From contig NMRA01000233.1 in NCBI GenBank assembly GCA_002633005.1, positions 558,001-622,000 of the forward strand: a stretch of 64,000 nucleotides of DNA. Direction: 5' to 3'. Below, in pieces: positions 1 through 13,102 of this stretch. The first letter of the stretch is position 1. Each line of letters opens with the position of its first letter. The position numbers were made by a program, and so were the translations under genes. Below the pieces are notes generated by a model. It saw only the letters and a list, made by a program, of their open reading frames with translations. It was not told where the DNA came from and did not search any database. The stretch is from Phoronis australis. Taxonomy: Eukaryota > Animalia > Phoronida.

Positions 1-1317
1 TCTTAGTGCACCTAATAATTACCCTTGGTTTCCTGTTAAGTTTCTTACAGTACAAGACGAAAGTAATCAGACAAAGGAGTGTTTCCCTGTCGTGGTGGGT
101 AAAGCAGTTAACAGCAAAATGACTGCAAACAACTATTATGGAAGCAAAAGTTATAATTACAGAGTAACTCTTAATCATAAACTTTCCTGGTACGTCCCCT
201 TCATTCTCGCTCACGACGGAGGACTGCTCTATGGATGAAATTGACTTTCGCCCAGCTGTCACGATGGAGAATTCTGTGTCATTAAATGCTTTTGTCTTGT
301 ACTGTATTAATATGCACCTGGGTTGAGAATTCAGGTGTGAATGAAACAAAACAAGGACGTGCGATTCCTTGCTCTGTAAATTATTTGAATATATCAATTT
401 ATTAGTAACGTGTATTCTGCTAACTCTTTGACTATTCTATCTGAAGTTACAGTCGCACTTGGCCTATTAACAAATTTTAACTTTTAGAATAGTGAGAAAA
501 TCTTATGACAATTACTAGTTCCCTACATTTATGACACTATGAGATTCCTGGTGGAGATTTCACAGTGTGATACTGCTTTGTCTTATTTGAAGATTAATGA
601 ATGAAATTTTGTTTTGTAGTATTTATTTGTTATTTTAAATTATTAGTAACTACGACAACACGAGTAAATCCAGTGCACCTGGCTCAGTGCCCATTGTCAA
701 GTCTAACTCAATATATATCTCTGGTGAAAGTCTGGTTTCAAAAGCTTCTCTGAAGTCAAATGCTTGCAAATAAAGCAAGTTCGAGTGTTATTATATAATA
801 CTCACTAAATTGACATATTATGTACATATTTATTTAACAAAGTATACACCCATTTCTGCATATAGGCTACCTAGCTCCTGGATCATTTCTGATTGGCTAC
901 GTGAACTAATTACTGAGTACTGTACTGTTCATAGTTGCGTTAAAAAAACTAAATAAATGTAATGTCTTGTGAGTTCGCCGAAATCTTCCACGAGTGCTTT
1001 GATTTGATTTTTTTGTGCTTCATGAATAAGTTTCCAATCTCACTAGTACACTAACAAAAATGGCCACCACTAATTTAATAGTAATTTGAAGGCTGTTCTG
1101 CAATGTTGAATTATGGGAAAAAATTATGCATTAGGTTCATGAATACTCGTCATTTCCGCTGCATAATCTCTCATTGTAAGCGTCTAGTGAGTATTCATTG
1201 CAACTTAACTCAGCCCTGATCTAATATTTTATATAAAAATGCTAACTTTCATTTTCTTTGATTCATTTCTTGTGTGTTGTATTGATTTTCCTTCTACTCA
1301 TTTTCCGCCTTCTTTAG

Positions 1318-1332
1318 AGGGATTTATGGAGG
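1318..1332 (+). CDS. Candidate 15-nt in-frame microexon (RDLWR) of the Tiam/SIF gene
   Basis: ~100-nt AG-free pyrimidine-rich tract with branch point GCTAAC (1241), acceptor TCTTTAG, donor AGG|GTAGGT. Phase 0 matches the next exon at 2479. No transcript evidence. Confidence 0.5.
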
Positions 1333-2478
1333 GTAGGTAACGACATCTGAAATGTTTTCCCCCCCTTTTGTCGTTTTACAAATTGAAAACCTTGTGGATA
1401 TTTTAGAACAGTTGTGATGATGGTGTGATGTTGTGGAAATTTGACTGCTTTTTTGAGAAGGGGGGCAGAAAAACGCAGTTCTGTTTCATAATGCATGACT
1501 TTGGATACGTTCATAAATATGCATGTCACATTTGGTGTGGGAGTCCATCATTTTATAATATCATTAAGCATGTAACTTCTTAAGTCTTCATGTGGTGGCG
1601 AACCAAAGCATGTTTGATAATTGGAATAACATTTATCTAAATTTGTTAATACAGTATGGTAGTTTTGATGACTCTAGGAAATTCAGGATCTCGCACAGAC
1701 CTTAAATTTGATATCTATAATTAGGGTTGACAGGTGTCATTCACTAATCAATTAAGCAGATATACAGCATCCTTTGTCTGCACTTTCTGCTATAAATCTG
1801 GTCTCAACTTGTTCCTTACTCAGATTAGGGATGGTTCCTGTGCTTGGAAGGAACTGGTAGTTTGCTGTTACTTGACATCAGGTACAATATGTTGGTTTGC
1901 CAAACTGCGTGGTAGTTTTTTGCTGGACCAATTATCATTCTTCATTCGAGTAAAGAACAAGTTGGGCCAATTTTATTGGTTGAATTGGTCTAAATCAATA
2001 TGCTCTTTGATGTCTAAAGGTGGGTCTATAGCGCTGTCTGTATGTGTTATTGACACAAACTAGAGTTAACTGTCTTCTGAGTGTGAACAACATTCGAGAC
2101 CAAAAGATAATTTCATTGAAGATGGCCTGCCTTATGCTGTGGTTGTGATCACTTGGCCTTTATCTTGAAAGAATTTTTGCTTATGATTTTTCGCAGTAGT
2201 TGCAAATCCTCTGTTGGGCTGATGAAGCCTGTTTTGTGAAAATCAGAAATCAAAGCTGTATATGTTGCAATATCAGTCCAGGAACTGAGCTATTTGCATT
2301 TATTTTCACAACCAACATTGAGCAATAAAGGAAAATGGGTGTATAAATATTTTCTGTTTAAAGTTGGGTTTCTTTAAGACGGAAGTCCTGTTCTTTCATG
2401 GACAGATAGAGATGATGATAATCATGATTAAGTCACACTTGCTTGGTGCTTCATGACGTAAGTTTTATTCCTTTGCAG

Positions 2479-2587
2479 CGCATCTTATTTTCCATTGGTG
2501 GTTCCTTCCTCTACTACGCCAACCACTTCAAACTCTACAGCTCGTTCTGCGCTAGTCACTCTAAAGCCCAAATAGTTCTTAATCCAG
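2479..2587 (+). CDS. TIAM1: Tiam1/still life-like Rac GEF, DH-domain exon
   Basis: ttgcag|CGC...CCA G|gtaag; [30 protein letters not shown] closely resembles the Tiam1/SIF DH domain. Confidence 0.92.
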
Positions 2588-3388
2588 GTAAGAGTTCCGT
2601 CGTGTGTGCTGGAATTCTCCTTCACTGTTGAAGAGTTATCTAATACTTAACCACATATTTTACATTTCGTTAAAATGGACCTTGTGCAAGTTAGCAGCAC
2701 TGTGGACAAACTTGCCATATTTGTTGTTTGGTGTACACAATACGAGTGTTTTCGCAGATTTTTCTCACATTTTTACTTGAGAGAACACTGCTAATAATTG
2801 TGCAGATTTTTTGTTCATGCAATATTTTTTCACACACATAAAAGACTCACTCCAAACACACGGTTAAAATTGTTCTTTTAATCGTGTTTATGTGCAAGGT
2901 ATGTTCGCTACCTGAGAGAATTAATTAATAAGTGCTAGAAGGGAAGAGATGTGTTTTTGTAGGGCTGATATTGATTTTTGGATGAGGCCACGGACTGTGG
3001 TGTGCTCTGGTGGCATTTTTTGTCTGTGTTGATATTTTACCAACTTCTTCATGGGATTCAGCAAACAAGCTGCTACAAAAGAGACAATATCTACCACGTT
3101 TCTGACAGATTCAACCTTGTTTATCTCCTAGTGGCCATTTTTAATATTTTTTGTGTCTGTTTTGTCATCTGCCTCCCTATCCGCTAGTTTATAAGCTACG
3201 ATAACAGTAAAACCTTGCCTGCCTTTGTTGAAAGTTCAAGACCTTGTCTGAAATTGATGTGGAAGGCAGACGCTCTGTTCTTTTAGTAATGAGTCTGAGT
3301 ACAGATCAGAAGCAACACTGTTTTCAGCCTTGTCATTGACCTGCATTGTATAATATTCTCGGTTTTACACCTTTTTATGTTTTTCCAG

Positions 3389-3577
3389 ACGATAACTCAC
3401 CCCTGAAGGAGTTCCTGCGCGCCCGTAACCCCAAACAGCAGCACTCAGCCACACTGGAGTCATATCTCATCAAGCCTATACAGCGCATCCTCAAGTACCC
3501 CCTGCTGCTCAACCAGCTGAAGTCACTGACCCCTCATGACAGCGATGAGCATCACCACCTCTCAGAGGCTCTCAAAG
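3389..3577 (+). CDS. TIAM1: Tiam1/SIF-like GEF, DH-domain exon
   Basis: ttccag|AC...AAA G|gtaaag; [33 protein letters not shown] is the DH conserved-region motif typical of Tiam1/SIF. Confidence 0.95.
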
Positions 3578-4474
3578 GTAAAGTCTTAGGCCATTGTAGG
3601 GTTCTTGTTACCAAATGAAAGTGTGTGTCGACGGTACCGAGTAGAGGTTCATTTTGTACTGTGTTGCTGTTGCCCATCTTAAGTGGAATGTATTTGAGTT
3701 GATGTACACTTAGGAGAGTATTTCTTCTCTTATGTGCATGTGTATGTAAACTATATGTATCTGACATTTTTAGCATACAATACAATATAATGTGGCATTC
3801 AGTTTTGTCCAATTTCTGAGCCAAACTCAGCTTTTAGAAAGTTTATAATGGTCTGTACTGTAATTTACTGTAACTGTTCTGCTGTTGTGGACCAACACTT
3901 GGTAAATTTCAAATTGTAAGAAGCTCGAATCGGGCGTTGAAAACAAGCATGTGTGTCCATTATGTTTGAGCAAAATAACTGTCAAGAATACTGTATGTAA
4001 TTCAGTGGAATGGCTACTACACCACAATCTCAAATTTTTCTTGAAACGATGGGAAACAAGTTGGCAACCAGTTATCGATCGGTCGGAAAAATAGCCGGCC
4101 TGCTAAAAGATATCCAACTAAAATAACTGAGTTCAGCTGAGTATTTCCTTTAAAAATACCTGTTGTGGTGCCACACCCAATGTAACAGTGAAACATTGAT
4201 TCAGTGCATGCGCAAGTGGTGGGCATAGACCTAGTAAATCCTAATGATTGTAGTGGGCATAGACCTAAAGACTCCTAAGGGACCGTTGCTTGTCTGGGCA
4301 GAGTCAGCTGGATATTTTATAGTCAATGACCCGTTGCTGGCTCGATGCCAATGGTTTGAACCAAAATGATTGACCTGAGGTTGACCCTGTTGGAATCTTT
4401 GACTTTAGATCCACGCTGTGCATTATCTGCCACCTAGATGTTCATTTAATGACTTTCATTCATTGTTTCTTTAG

Positions 4475-4587
4475 GTATGGAGGCTGTTGCTGAGCATATT
4501 AATGAGATGCAGAAGATTTATGAAGAGTATGGGGCAGTGTTTGATGAACTAGTACGGCGTTATCGTCTAGAGCATACCCATCACAAG
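4475..4587 (+). CDS. TIAM1: Tiam1/SIF-like GEF, DH C-terminal exon
   Basis: ctttag|GT ATG...AAG|gtgtgt; [25 protein letters not shown]; phase-compatible with neighbours. Confidence 0.93.
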
Positions 4588-4636
4588 GTGTGTGTGTGTG
4601 CGTGCGTGCGTGCGTGTGTGTGTGTGCGTGTGTGTG
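4588..4636. repeat. (GT)n/(GCGT)n microsatellite starting at the splice donor
   Basis: gtgtgtgtgtgtgcgtgcgtgcgtgcgtgtgtg... directly visible. Confidence 0.9.
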
Positions 4637-5083
4637 CAATAGTTAAGCTACTGAGTGGTGGTTTTCACAGATTACCCAATATTGTGAAAGACATGTTGCC
4701 TTTCATCTGAAATAAATGACAGTTATCTCGACGCCATATTTTACTAGGTGTGGAAAACTGCCTAATTTAATTTTTTGCATGAGTTTTTAAGTTCAGAGGG
4801 TGAGTTAGGAGGCCTGGGTCAGATATCTAGTAGTACGTGAACTCAAGTTCTTGCTTAGTTTGGAAATTTCCATTCTACTTTCTTATATAAATTGAAGATG
4901 AGAGTTTTATGATTTTGTGCTTCACAATTTACAGACCACAGGCAACCTCGCAAACACAGCCTCCTACATTTCTTGCATTTTCAAAATCAGCTGCACAGGG
5001 ATCACTTGTATTGTAAGTAGCTAGAATGTAACTACAGGGTAGTGCCTGGATGTGTTGAGTCAGTTGGCCGATTTCCCTTCCAG

Positions 5084-5260
5084 CCTGTGGATCTTAACGT
5101 TGGTGATCTCATCATGTACAAGGACGTGGATTGGGTAAACTCTCCTGACGACCTAGGCAAGATCAAGAAAGGGACGGAGTTGGTCACCACGGTGTTTGTG
5201 TTCAAATCCGGCGTGGTGCTTATGTGTAAAGAGCGCTTCAGCAAGAAGAAAAAATATAAG
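5084..5260 (+). CDS. TIAM1: Tiam1/SIF-like GEF, C-terminal PH-domain exon
   Basis: ttccag|CCT...AAG|gtgagt; [14 protein letters not shown]...LGKIKKG.EL...[14 protein letters not shown] matches the SIF/Tiam PH domain. Confidence 0.93.
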
Positions 5261-6169
5261 GTGAGTCAAGGAGAACTAGGGTGGATTCTAGCAAAAATGC
5301 ACGACCATGCAAAATCATGCGAGAAAAAGTTGAGTGTTTGCCAGTGTACTCGAGGCCTTGCTGTCTTAACCTAGCAAAATGACAGCCACTGAAGTGATTG
5401 GTCGGTGAGGTCGGAATGTTGCATTATTGGATTGATGAATTAAGGGATAGAATTCAGTTTCTGTTCCATAACGAGATTTCTCGTCGCAAGTGGATAGCTA
5501 ATGCCTTGAGTTTACAAATTTTAATGACTTACTGAAATTTTATTCATTTTGTAGTCAAATGTTTGGGTGTGCCTTTTGTAAATCAAAACATTGTAGCGTA
5601 TAGGCTAGATGGTACTGTTACTGACTACATGATGTAGAATGTGCTAACTATATGGGAAGTCTGTCCTTATTCTTGACGGAACTGGTTAACCGGAAAACTT
5701 TTAATTCCCCCATGAAGAATCTGATGAAAGATTCTTGTGAAGTTTTCTTCGCGTTTTTTGCTACGACCCAACTTTGTGGTCAGGACACGAGACACCATAA
5801 AACATACCTTATCCTCTACACTCTTTAATGTGGACAGTTCTGATATTTTGTAAGGAGAATTTGTTCTCTTGCAACATGTAAACTACTGCTTCTTATTGAA
5901 TTAACGAAAAAGTTTTCATATTACATGGTCTGACTGGCTTCAAATATAACTGATTTTGAGACCCCAAATAGGTAGTGTGACAGCTGAATTGGTACAAAGG
6001 GTTTGATAGTGTGGAATCAAAATAATACTTTATTGGTCCATTGAGGGTACACATTAAATAATTTTTGTTCTCTCATTATAAGGATAAACTTTAACATTAA
6101 AATTACAAAACTTAGATTTTAATTCATTCTGAACACTGTGTTTGTAAACTATGTATTTTCTTGCATCAG

Positions 6170-6360
6170 GGTGGTTCAGTGCGTGGCTCCATGATGGAGT
6201 GTCCAGACGTCATGCGATACCAGGTGTTAATCTCCGTCTCTGAGGTACAGGTTCGCAGCACGGCCACGCGCGACATGACACAGAATACACTCTGGGAGCT
6301 GGTCCACCTACGTTCCGAGCAGCTGGGACGACCAGAGAAATTATACCAGATGGCCAGCAG
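6170..6360 (+). CDS. TIAM1: Tiam1/SIF-like GEF, PH-domain exon
   Basis: catcag|GGT...AG|gtaagg; VMRYQVLISVSEVQVR...LWELVHLRSEQLGRPEKLYQ. Confidence 0.92.
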
Positions 6361-7448
6361 GTAAGGAATTGTTCACAATAATCCAATGTTTCATGAGTTT
6401 GTAAAGTGTGAATTCTTTATAGAAAGAGATCATTTTTAGTTACTTTATGAGGCCGAGTTTAAAGATTAATAAAAATATTTCCAACTGATTTTTTTTTCTT
6501 CAACTCCAAGAAACTTTGTGCTAAAGATGCTTTCTTTTCAGTTTGTTTTCACCGATTTAGAATGTGGAATAAGTTCATCAGTTGAGTTATGATTCAATAT
6601 AATAATAATAGTAACGTTTTGTAAATTAGAATCAAATTTGTATTTGTACTCTATAACATCATTTTTCTTAAGCGCAGAAAATTTGAAGTTCAAAAGCGTT
6701 CAGCGGCACATCTGTTCTGGCACTTTATTTGAAAGTGATCACTTGGTGCACCCATAAACCCAACTTCCTTCAAAAATTTTGAAGATCTGTTTTAGATAAT
6801 GAGCGTTATAAACTGCTCTCAGTTTTCTCTTTGCTCAGATCAGAAGTCATTTCTTGGCTTTGGGAAAAATGTCAGTTTGTTATTTCTCGTGTCTAGGTTC
6901 GGTAAGTTAGCATTTCAATTTATGCTCCGAGGTGGTCTCGAGCGGTATCAATTTGTCAGTTCCTTTCGAGTCCAGAAACCAGGCATGCATTCAGTAGACG
7001 CAAGGACCTGGGCTAGGACCTAGCTAAAATCTGGTCAAAATCACGTATTCTCAGTTAAAATACACAGCAATATCTCACCTAATCTCATGAAGTCTTGCTT
7101 TTTAGTGCGATCCTAACGTTACTGAATGGGAGGCAGTTCTCATCTAAAAAAGGAACTAGTTGAAACCTGTTCTCATTTGAATAAGGAACTAATTGAAACC
7201 AGTTACATATCCGACTTAGTGGTTTATTCTAAAATTTGCTGTTTACACAGGTGGGTTTTTAGCAGCTCTAAACATTTGTGCATTTTGAAAAAAATTGTCA
7301 TATTACCAAATTAATAAGCTCTTTCAATAAGTTTTTGAGAAAAGGGAAAAGTTAAGCATTAAAGTTTATGTAAGTTACTGAGCATTCCTGCCTTATTGGA
7401 ATGGCACATTTTAACAAAGGCTTCACCTAATATTGGTTTCACTTGCAG

Positions 7449-8073
7449 TACATATGATGACAAGAGTGATTTTATCCGCAACATCCGTCAGATCATCCGG
7501 GATAGTGTGCGTGGGATGGTCATTCCGAGACAGATTAACCGCAGCTTGCAATATAACCACCAGCGAACAACAAGTCAGCACGGACACCCGCCCACCTCGG
7601 CGTATCCGCGCGAAGTACGACACTCCATGGACCTCGACGATAATATCAATGTGGCCAGCATGAGCGAGGCAGATTTCCGTGGTCGCAGCAAGACCTACAG
7701 CGATTTGATGAGCGCCGACCCTGGTGAACTCGGCACGATGTCGGCTCAGTCACAGCTCAGTATCATGAGCACGGGCTCAGCAAAGCTGGTCCAGTCGAGC
7801 AACGACCCGTTTAGATATTCGGAGAATTCGGTCAACGTCAACTCGAGCATTGAGGGGCTCGGTTCGCCGATATGGAAGAGGAAGAATCAGGATGGGCCCC
7901 GCCCACCATCAATGTATGACGAGCCAGGGGACATGTATGATGACCCAGGGGACATTTATGACTCGCCAAGTCGTGTTATGGAGTACATATACGGGAATAG
8001 TAGTAAGCTGACGGGAGATGGGCTGTTGTTGACTCCACCAAATGCATATAGTGAGCACGACACGGAATGTTAA
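7449..8073 (+). CDS. TIAM1: Tiam1/SIF-like GEF, terminal coding exon
   Basis: ttgcag|T ACA... in phase with the previous exon; end of PH (KSDFIRNIRQIIRDSVR), then a low-complexity tail ending HDTEC*. Confidence 0.88.
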
Positions 8074-9051
8074 TTGAAAGGAGGCGAAGTTTGTAATACT
8101 TAGGAATTATAGGTCAGCAGGAAGTTTTGAGATGAGTGACAGGTGATGTTAATGTGGTGGGTTTATTTAATTTGTTCTATATGAGAGTTGGCTACTTAAT
8201 TGATATTGGTTCAGATTTGGCAGGGGTGCAGCAGCATCTGTTCAGATAATGTTAATGTTGCGCAATGTGTACTGCGAATTTAAGATGATGTAATTTTTAA
8301 AACCTACGGGTTTTGGACCAGTGACGATGCGTGGTATTTTGAGATTCCTGGCATGGCTTTATCATTACAAATTTGGCTACATCTAACAGATGGATCCGTC
8401 AACACAACTTAGTGGATTTCCTATTGTATTTGCTGAGATTATTTTATCGTCTTTTTCTGGTACATTTTTTAATTAGAATTTTAGTGCCAAGGAGGAAGGG
8501 ATGGTTTGTTGTAATTTTTACTGCATTTACAACTTAGTAAAATACGTTCACTGTATTGCAATCAAAGTAAATTTTGCCAACCATGAGCTACTCATTCGCC
8601 AAATGACATTTCTGCCAAATTCATGATTTTAGTACATTATTGCTGTTGAAAGTTCCACTCACTAGAAAGCGTATTTGTTGGATGGTTATTACTAATCGCA
8701 TTGAATGGGTCGTTCACTGAATCGGTGAGCATCGAAATATTTCAACATTCAACAAATTTGTTAGCCATTAAGTGAGATATTTTATCATTGTCATCTAGAA
8801 GCCATGAAAAATCTGTTTCATCATATCAAGTTGTTTTCTCATTCATGTGTAAGTTGTACATACAACTCTACCATGTCTCATTCTTTTCATTTAATGTACA
8901 TTTTTAATTATTAGCAATGTTACGAAGGTCGGGAACCTTTGCTTTTTAGCCTAAAAACTTTACTTCACTGTAATTCTTTGAAATTGTTCTTGTACATAGC
9001 GTTTGTATATTGTGCACAATGCTGTGATAGGCTAGCTTTTTTGAATTGTAT

Positions 9052-9057
9052 AATAAA
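9052..9057 (+). terminator. Candidate polyadenylation signal of the Tiam/SIF gene
   Basis: AATAAA ~1 kb after the stop, after a TGTA-rich 3'UTR-like stretch and before a GT-rich element. Confidence 0.45.
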
Positions 9058-10618
9058 AGATTTTGATAAAATAGGTTGTTTTAGAGCAATGTGAAAAAGT
9101 CCGTAACTTAAAGTAAACTTTTAATTATGACATCAGACAATTGCAAGATATCGAAAGTATTTACAGATGAAGCAATTACTAATTAACATTTGGTAAATTC
9201 AGTATTGTGTCTATCCAGTAACTTGGTTCGAACTTAATATTTGACTGTTTTGTCATCAGTCTCAGTTCTGAACACTTGACTGGTGACTTCTGGGGTCTGT
9301 GTCATAAAAACTCATTTACTTGAAAACTTTGGATTAAAAATTTGTCTAAGTTAAAACTGAAATTCGGCCCAAGTTAAGACCAAAGACGAAATTTCAAAAA
9401 AGACCATTTCGTGAAAACAAAGTAGAATTTTAGTCTCCAGCTTTAACTTAGGACAGAAGTCAATGAGCTGTGTTAATACAAACTATGCTTTCACTGTCTG
9501 TTGCGAATTCACAAAACCAAGCGAGGTGATGTGTGACATATGGTTACAAGAATAATCATTTACTTGAAACACTAAATGGGGATTTACATTTTCGATACAA
9601 TTTGGATCTGGTTTGCTTGAGAAGACCCTGTTATGGCTAGAAAACATTTCACATGTGCAGGTGAGTTGTACTGCATTGTATCTATGGTCTTTGTCAATTC
9701 TAAAATTGAAAACGGACATTGTTTAAGGACTGTGAAAAAGGATCATTGTGAAAAATATTAACAAAATTTGTTCTTCAACAGTTAAGTGATGGTAGTAAAT
9801 TTTGGTCATCTAGACCAAAAGTACAATCTTAAGCTTACTCCATGGTTTTAGCTAAAACTGATTCGCTCTTTGAAACTATGTACAATACTGGGTTCCATTT
9901 CAATGATGAAAATATTGGAACTGGAAAAACGTACCTTGATGTTGTATGTGTACAGCCGTTTTGTTTATATCTCACGGACTTGGTTCATCACCAGGTGTGC
10001 CCTTTTTCATAGGATAAAACAATAAAGGGGTTATTCCTCAACATCGGGGGGGGGGGAATCCCATAACAGGTCTAGCAATGGCTGTTGGTCTTGAGCCTCA
10101 TATTGTGGCGTCTCCAACAATAGACCAGCAATGATCGGCACCAATCAGAAAATCAATTTTAATCAATGACTCAGCAGGGGATTAATATTGGGCAAACACC
10201 GTAAATAGTCAACACAATTGACAGCAGTTGGCACAAAATTCTTCACAGGTGTGGAAGTTGTTGGTACAATGACAGCAGACAATTTCCGTCTTAAGTCTGT
10301 TCTGTTTCATGAAAAGTGACTCATAAGTAGCTTTTTATGAGGATGCGGGAAGACATCTTTTTCATCCAAACACACTTCATCACAACAGGGTTTTCTTGCA
10401 TGAAACAATTAAACATCCCTCCTTGTGTGGTAATTTGTCGACACACAGAACACAGAATTCTAGGCATGACCGGTGCTTTTAACGTCCATCCACACTCAAA
10501 TTCATTTAGCCAAATGAAATCTTTAATATTATCTCTTGACCAGTTCTTCTAAATGACGTGTTAATTCATCGGAAAGTGGACTTTCCAGTGCCCGATTAAG
10601 AACTGTCGAAGACCGCTG

Positions 10619-10693
10619 TCACCTTGGATCATAGTTTTGCAGTGGGACTAGCCGTGACATACCAAACCGTTCTCGGCACAAGGGACACTCATT
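10619..10693 (-). CDS. PEX10: PEX10 peroxin, coding exon 7 (RING C-terminus)
   Basis: tttcag|AAT GAG TGT CCC TTG TGC CGA...; NECPLCRERFGMSRLVPLQNYDPR*. Confidence 0.92.
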   Translation of the reverse strand, partial: NECPLCRERFGMSRLVPLQNYDPR

Positions 10694-10874
10694 CTGAAAC
10701 AAGTTAAGACGTCTTTAATCTTATTTAAGACTTAACACACATGTCAAGCTTATCTCTCGTCTTTTAAACAAAATGACATTCTCGCAATGTAAACCTAATT
10801 ACGTAACAGGCAATTAAAGATTACTAGACAGTAAATTTTGATATCGTAGAGACGGGCTATGATTCTTCAGTTAC

Positions 10875-11001
10875 CTTGGAACTTATCCACTCTGTGATGC
10901 ATTTCCAACAAAACACATGGCCACAAGGGGTCACTGTAGACTGGCGCCTTGATTCAAGACATAATGGACATCTCTGCGAAGGAGGTACATAATCGTCAAT
11001 T
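10875..11001 (-). CDS. PEX10: PEX10, coding exon 6 (C3HC4 RING)
   Basis: ttccag|A...AAG|gtaact; [28 protein letters not shown]. Confidence 0.95.
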
Positions 11002-11941
11002 CTGGAAGAAAAAACAATTCAGAATTGGAGAAACTATCTAATAGTAATTCACATGATATCTGCCACACAGTATAGCAGATAAGTCGAATTTTGAAAAAAA
11101 AATTAATTAAGATTTAGAAACTGCTGCTGTATCTTTTTGGGCAAATGTCCAATATTTTTAATCATTGAAAATCAGCAGTTTTGGCAATTATTACAATGGC
11201 CACCTTGCTAGGCTCTACAACAATTAATGAATGATACACACAGTTACAGGGGAGTAGCAACAAGATGGCCACTGCTTTTTTCTCCTGATGATGGTGTTTA
11301 ATATACGACGAAGTATGTCAAACAGGCTTAAATTTGTCGTTTTTATTAACATATGGACAGGGAAACGGAAGTTCAAATGGAAAAGGCACAATGCAATGAT
11401 GTGGGTAAGTTTCACAAAGGTGTTGGATTTGGCTAAAAACAATATGAATCCGTTTCGACTCGTCACTGCGTCGAGTTTCAATTTTGTTGTGACGAGTTTG
11501 TCTTACTTGCGTCAAGTTTAAAAACCCATGAAATGAATTTGAAGCATAGGGAGATTAAACATTTCTTAGGTAAATTAGGACATTTTGGACTTTTGGAACC
11601 AGTTCAATGCATTTAATCCAAGACTTAACACCCAAACTTTCCAAAGTATGGACAAGGACTTTCGAACACACAGATGAATTTTCGTAATTTCAGTCGACTT
11701 TGACTTTTCTGGTGTGCAGAACACTGCAACAGGGAAGCTGAAACAATTCCGTGCACACTTCCATTGTAATCAGTCAAAACACGACCAGAAGCATTTTCTG
11801 TCTCTCACCATGTTGATTCCAATTTCACATTGCAAAACAATTAAAATTACCAAAAAATTTTTCAAATATGGGTCTATGGGTGTCCCTGTTATCAGAAATT
11901 ACCGAGTAACTCGTCTTTTTTCACCCACTCTTTAAGCATAC

Positions 11942-12105
11942 CTTTGACTTTCCTCGATACAATCTCCCTCTACGGACAGGGGACTTCTGCTATGTTTCCA
12001 ATATTGCTGAACCAGTGACCCCGTTAGTTGAATTAGGCTTAGATATCCCAACCAACGGAAACTTGGTGCTTTGTTGCGACCCTCGAGACCAGAACGGACC
12101 AGCAA
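11942..12105 (-). CDS. PEX10: PEX10, coding exon 5
   Basis: ttgcag|TTG...AG|gtatgc; LLVRSGLEGRNKAPSFRWLGYLSLIQL; phases fit the flanking exons. Confidence 0.88.
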
Positions 12106-12859
12106 CTGCAACAAAAGTGCCTGCATATTTCCATGGGTAACACCAACTAGTCCTAACTCCAGAGAACTGTTCAGCTAATACAGTATCCAGTGTGGAGCAG
12201 GATAAGTTGATGTGCTGAACACCACCATTTACCTGACTTTGACAACAAATGACTACATTGCCAGCATCACTAAACCTTGCTTTGTAGTACTGCATATTAC
12301 AATCGTGAATTTAAATTTCAAAAACGAGAAAATAGGAGAAAAGCGATTTCAACTGAAAGTTTTTTAGCTCCACAGACATGAGTGTGACATATGAACGTAC
12401 CCCGCGCCAGTGTGTCATGTCTACCGACACGCGAGTTTCTTGTACAAACTTGTGTCATATCTGCGCTTCTCTAGTGTCCAAAGGAAAATGGAAAAGCTAC
12501 AGTGTGGTCAAATACTTATCATCACAATCACCACAAACGCCATCCCTCGCCATTCCTTCTTACACCACGGGAAAACGAGCAGCAATATCTGACGACTTTT
12601 CCCACTAAACACAATGGAGGATGACTCAAGCTGTGATTGGTTGTCCTAAATATACAGAGCACGTTTCGACCAATAAATGCTCCTGATGCAAAATCAGCTA
12701 ATTAACATGTCATCATATAGTGTTTGCAGGTGTTATAATTTGGTAGCTGATCGAATGGTGGGGTTGTTTTTTTGAGAGGGGGGAGGGGTTGACATGAAAT
12801 TGGTCATTTCAAGCACTTTAAACGAAAGAACTTTTGTTGTCTGTACTCCCAGCACTTAC

Positions 12860-13102
12860 GTAATGAATTCCCGTGAAACGTTTGGCTAGGTGGTAAAACA
12901 CTCCCTGGATGTAGAACAGAGCCATATGACATCGGTGAACGACCGTAGTGGCGTAGCGGACAACTGAAATACACTTCAGCAGCACTTCCTTTTGCTTAGC
13001 ATCCATTTGCGAGTCTCTCGTCAATATAAACTCCCAGTGTGAGAGAATCTTCTTGATGATGTAAGGCACGCTGACATGACACAGGACAAGGATGATTCGC
13101 CG
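12860..13102 (-). CDS. PEX10: PEX10, coding exon 4
   Basis: tttcag|CGG...TAC|gtaagt; HRCHMALFYIQGVFYHLAKRFTGIHY is the hallmark Pex10 motif. Confidence 0.95.

Noticed and set aside
51-290. Acceptor-like tttcttacag at 50 suggesting another Tiam exon
   Set aside because: No frame gives DH-like sequence and no convincing phase-0 donor was found.
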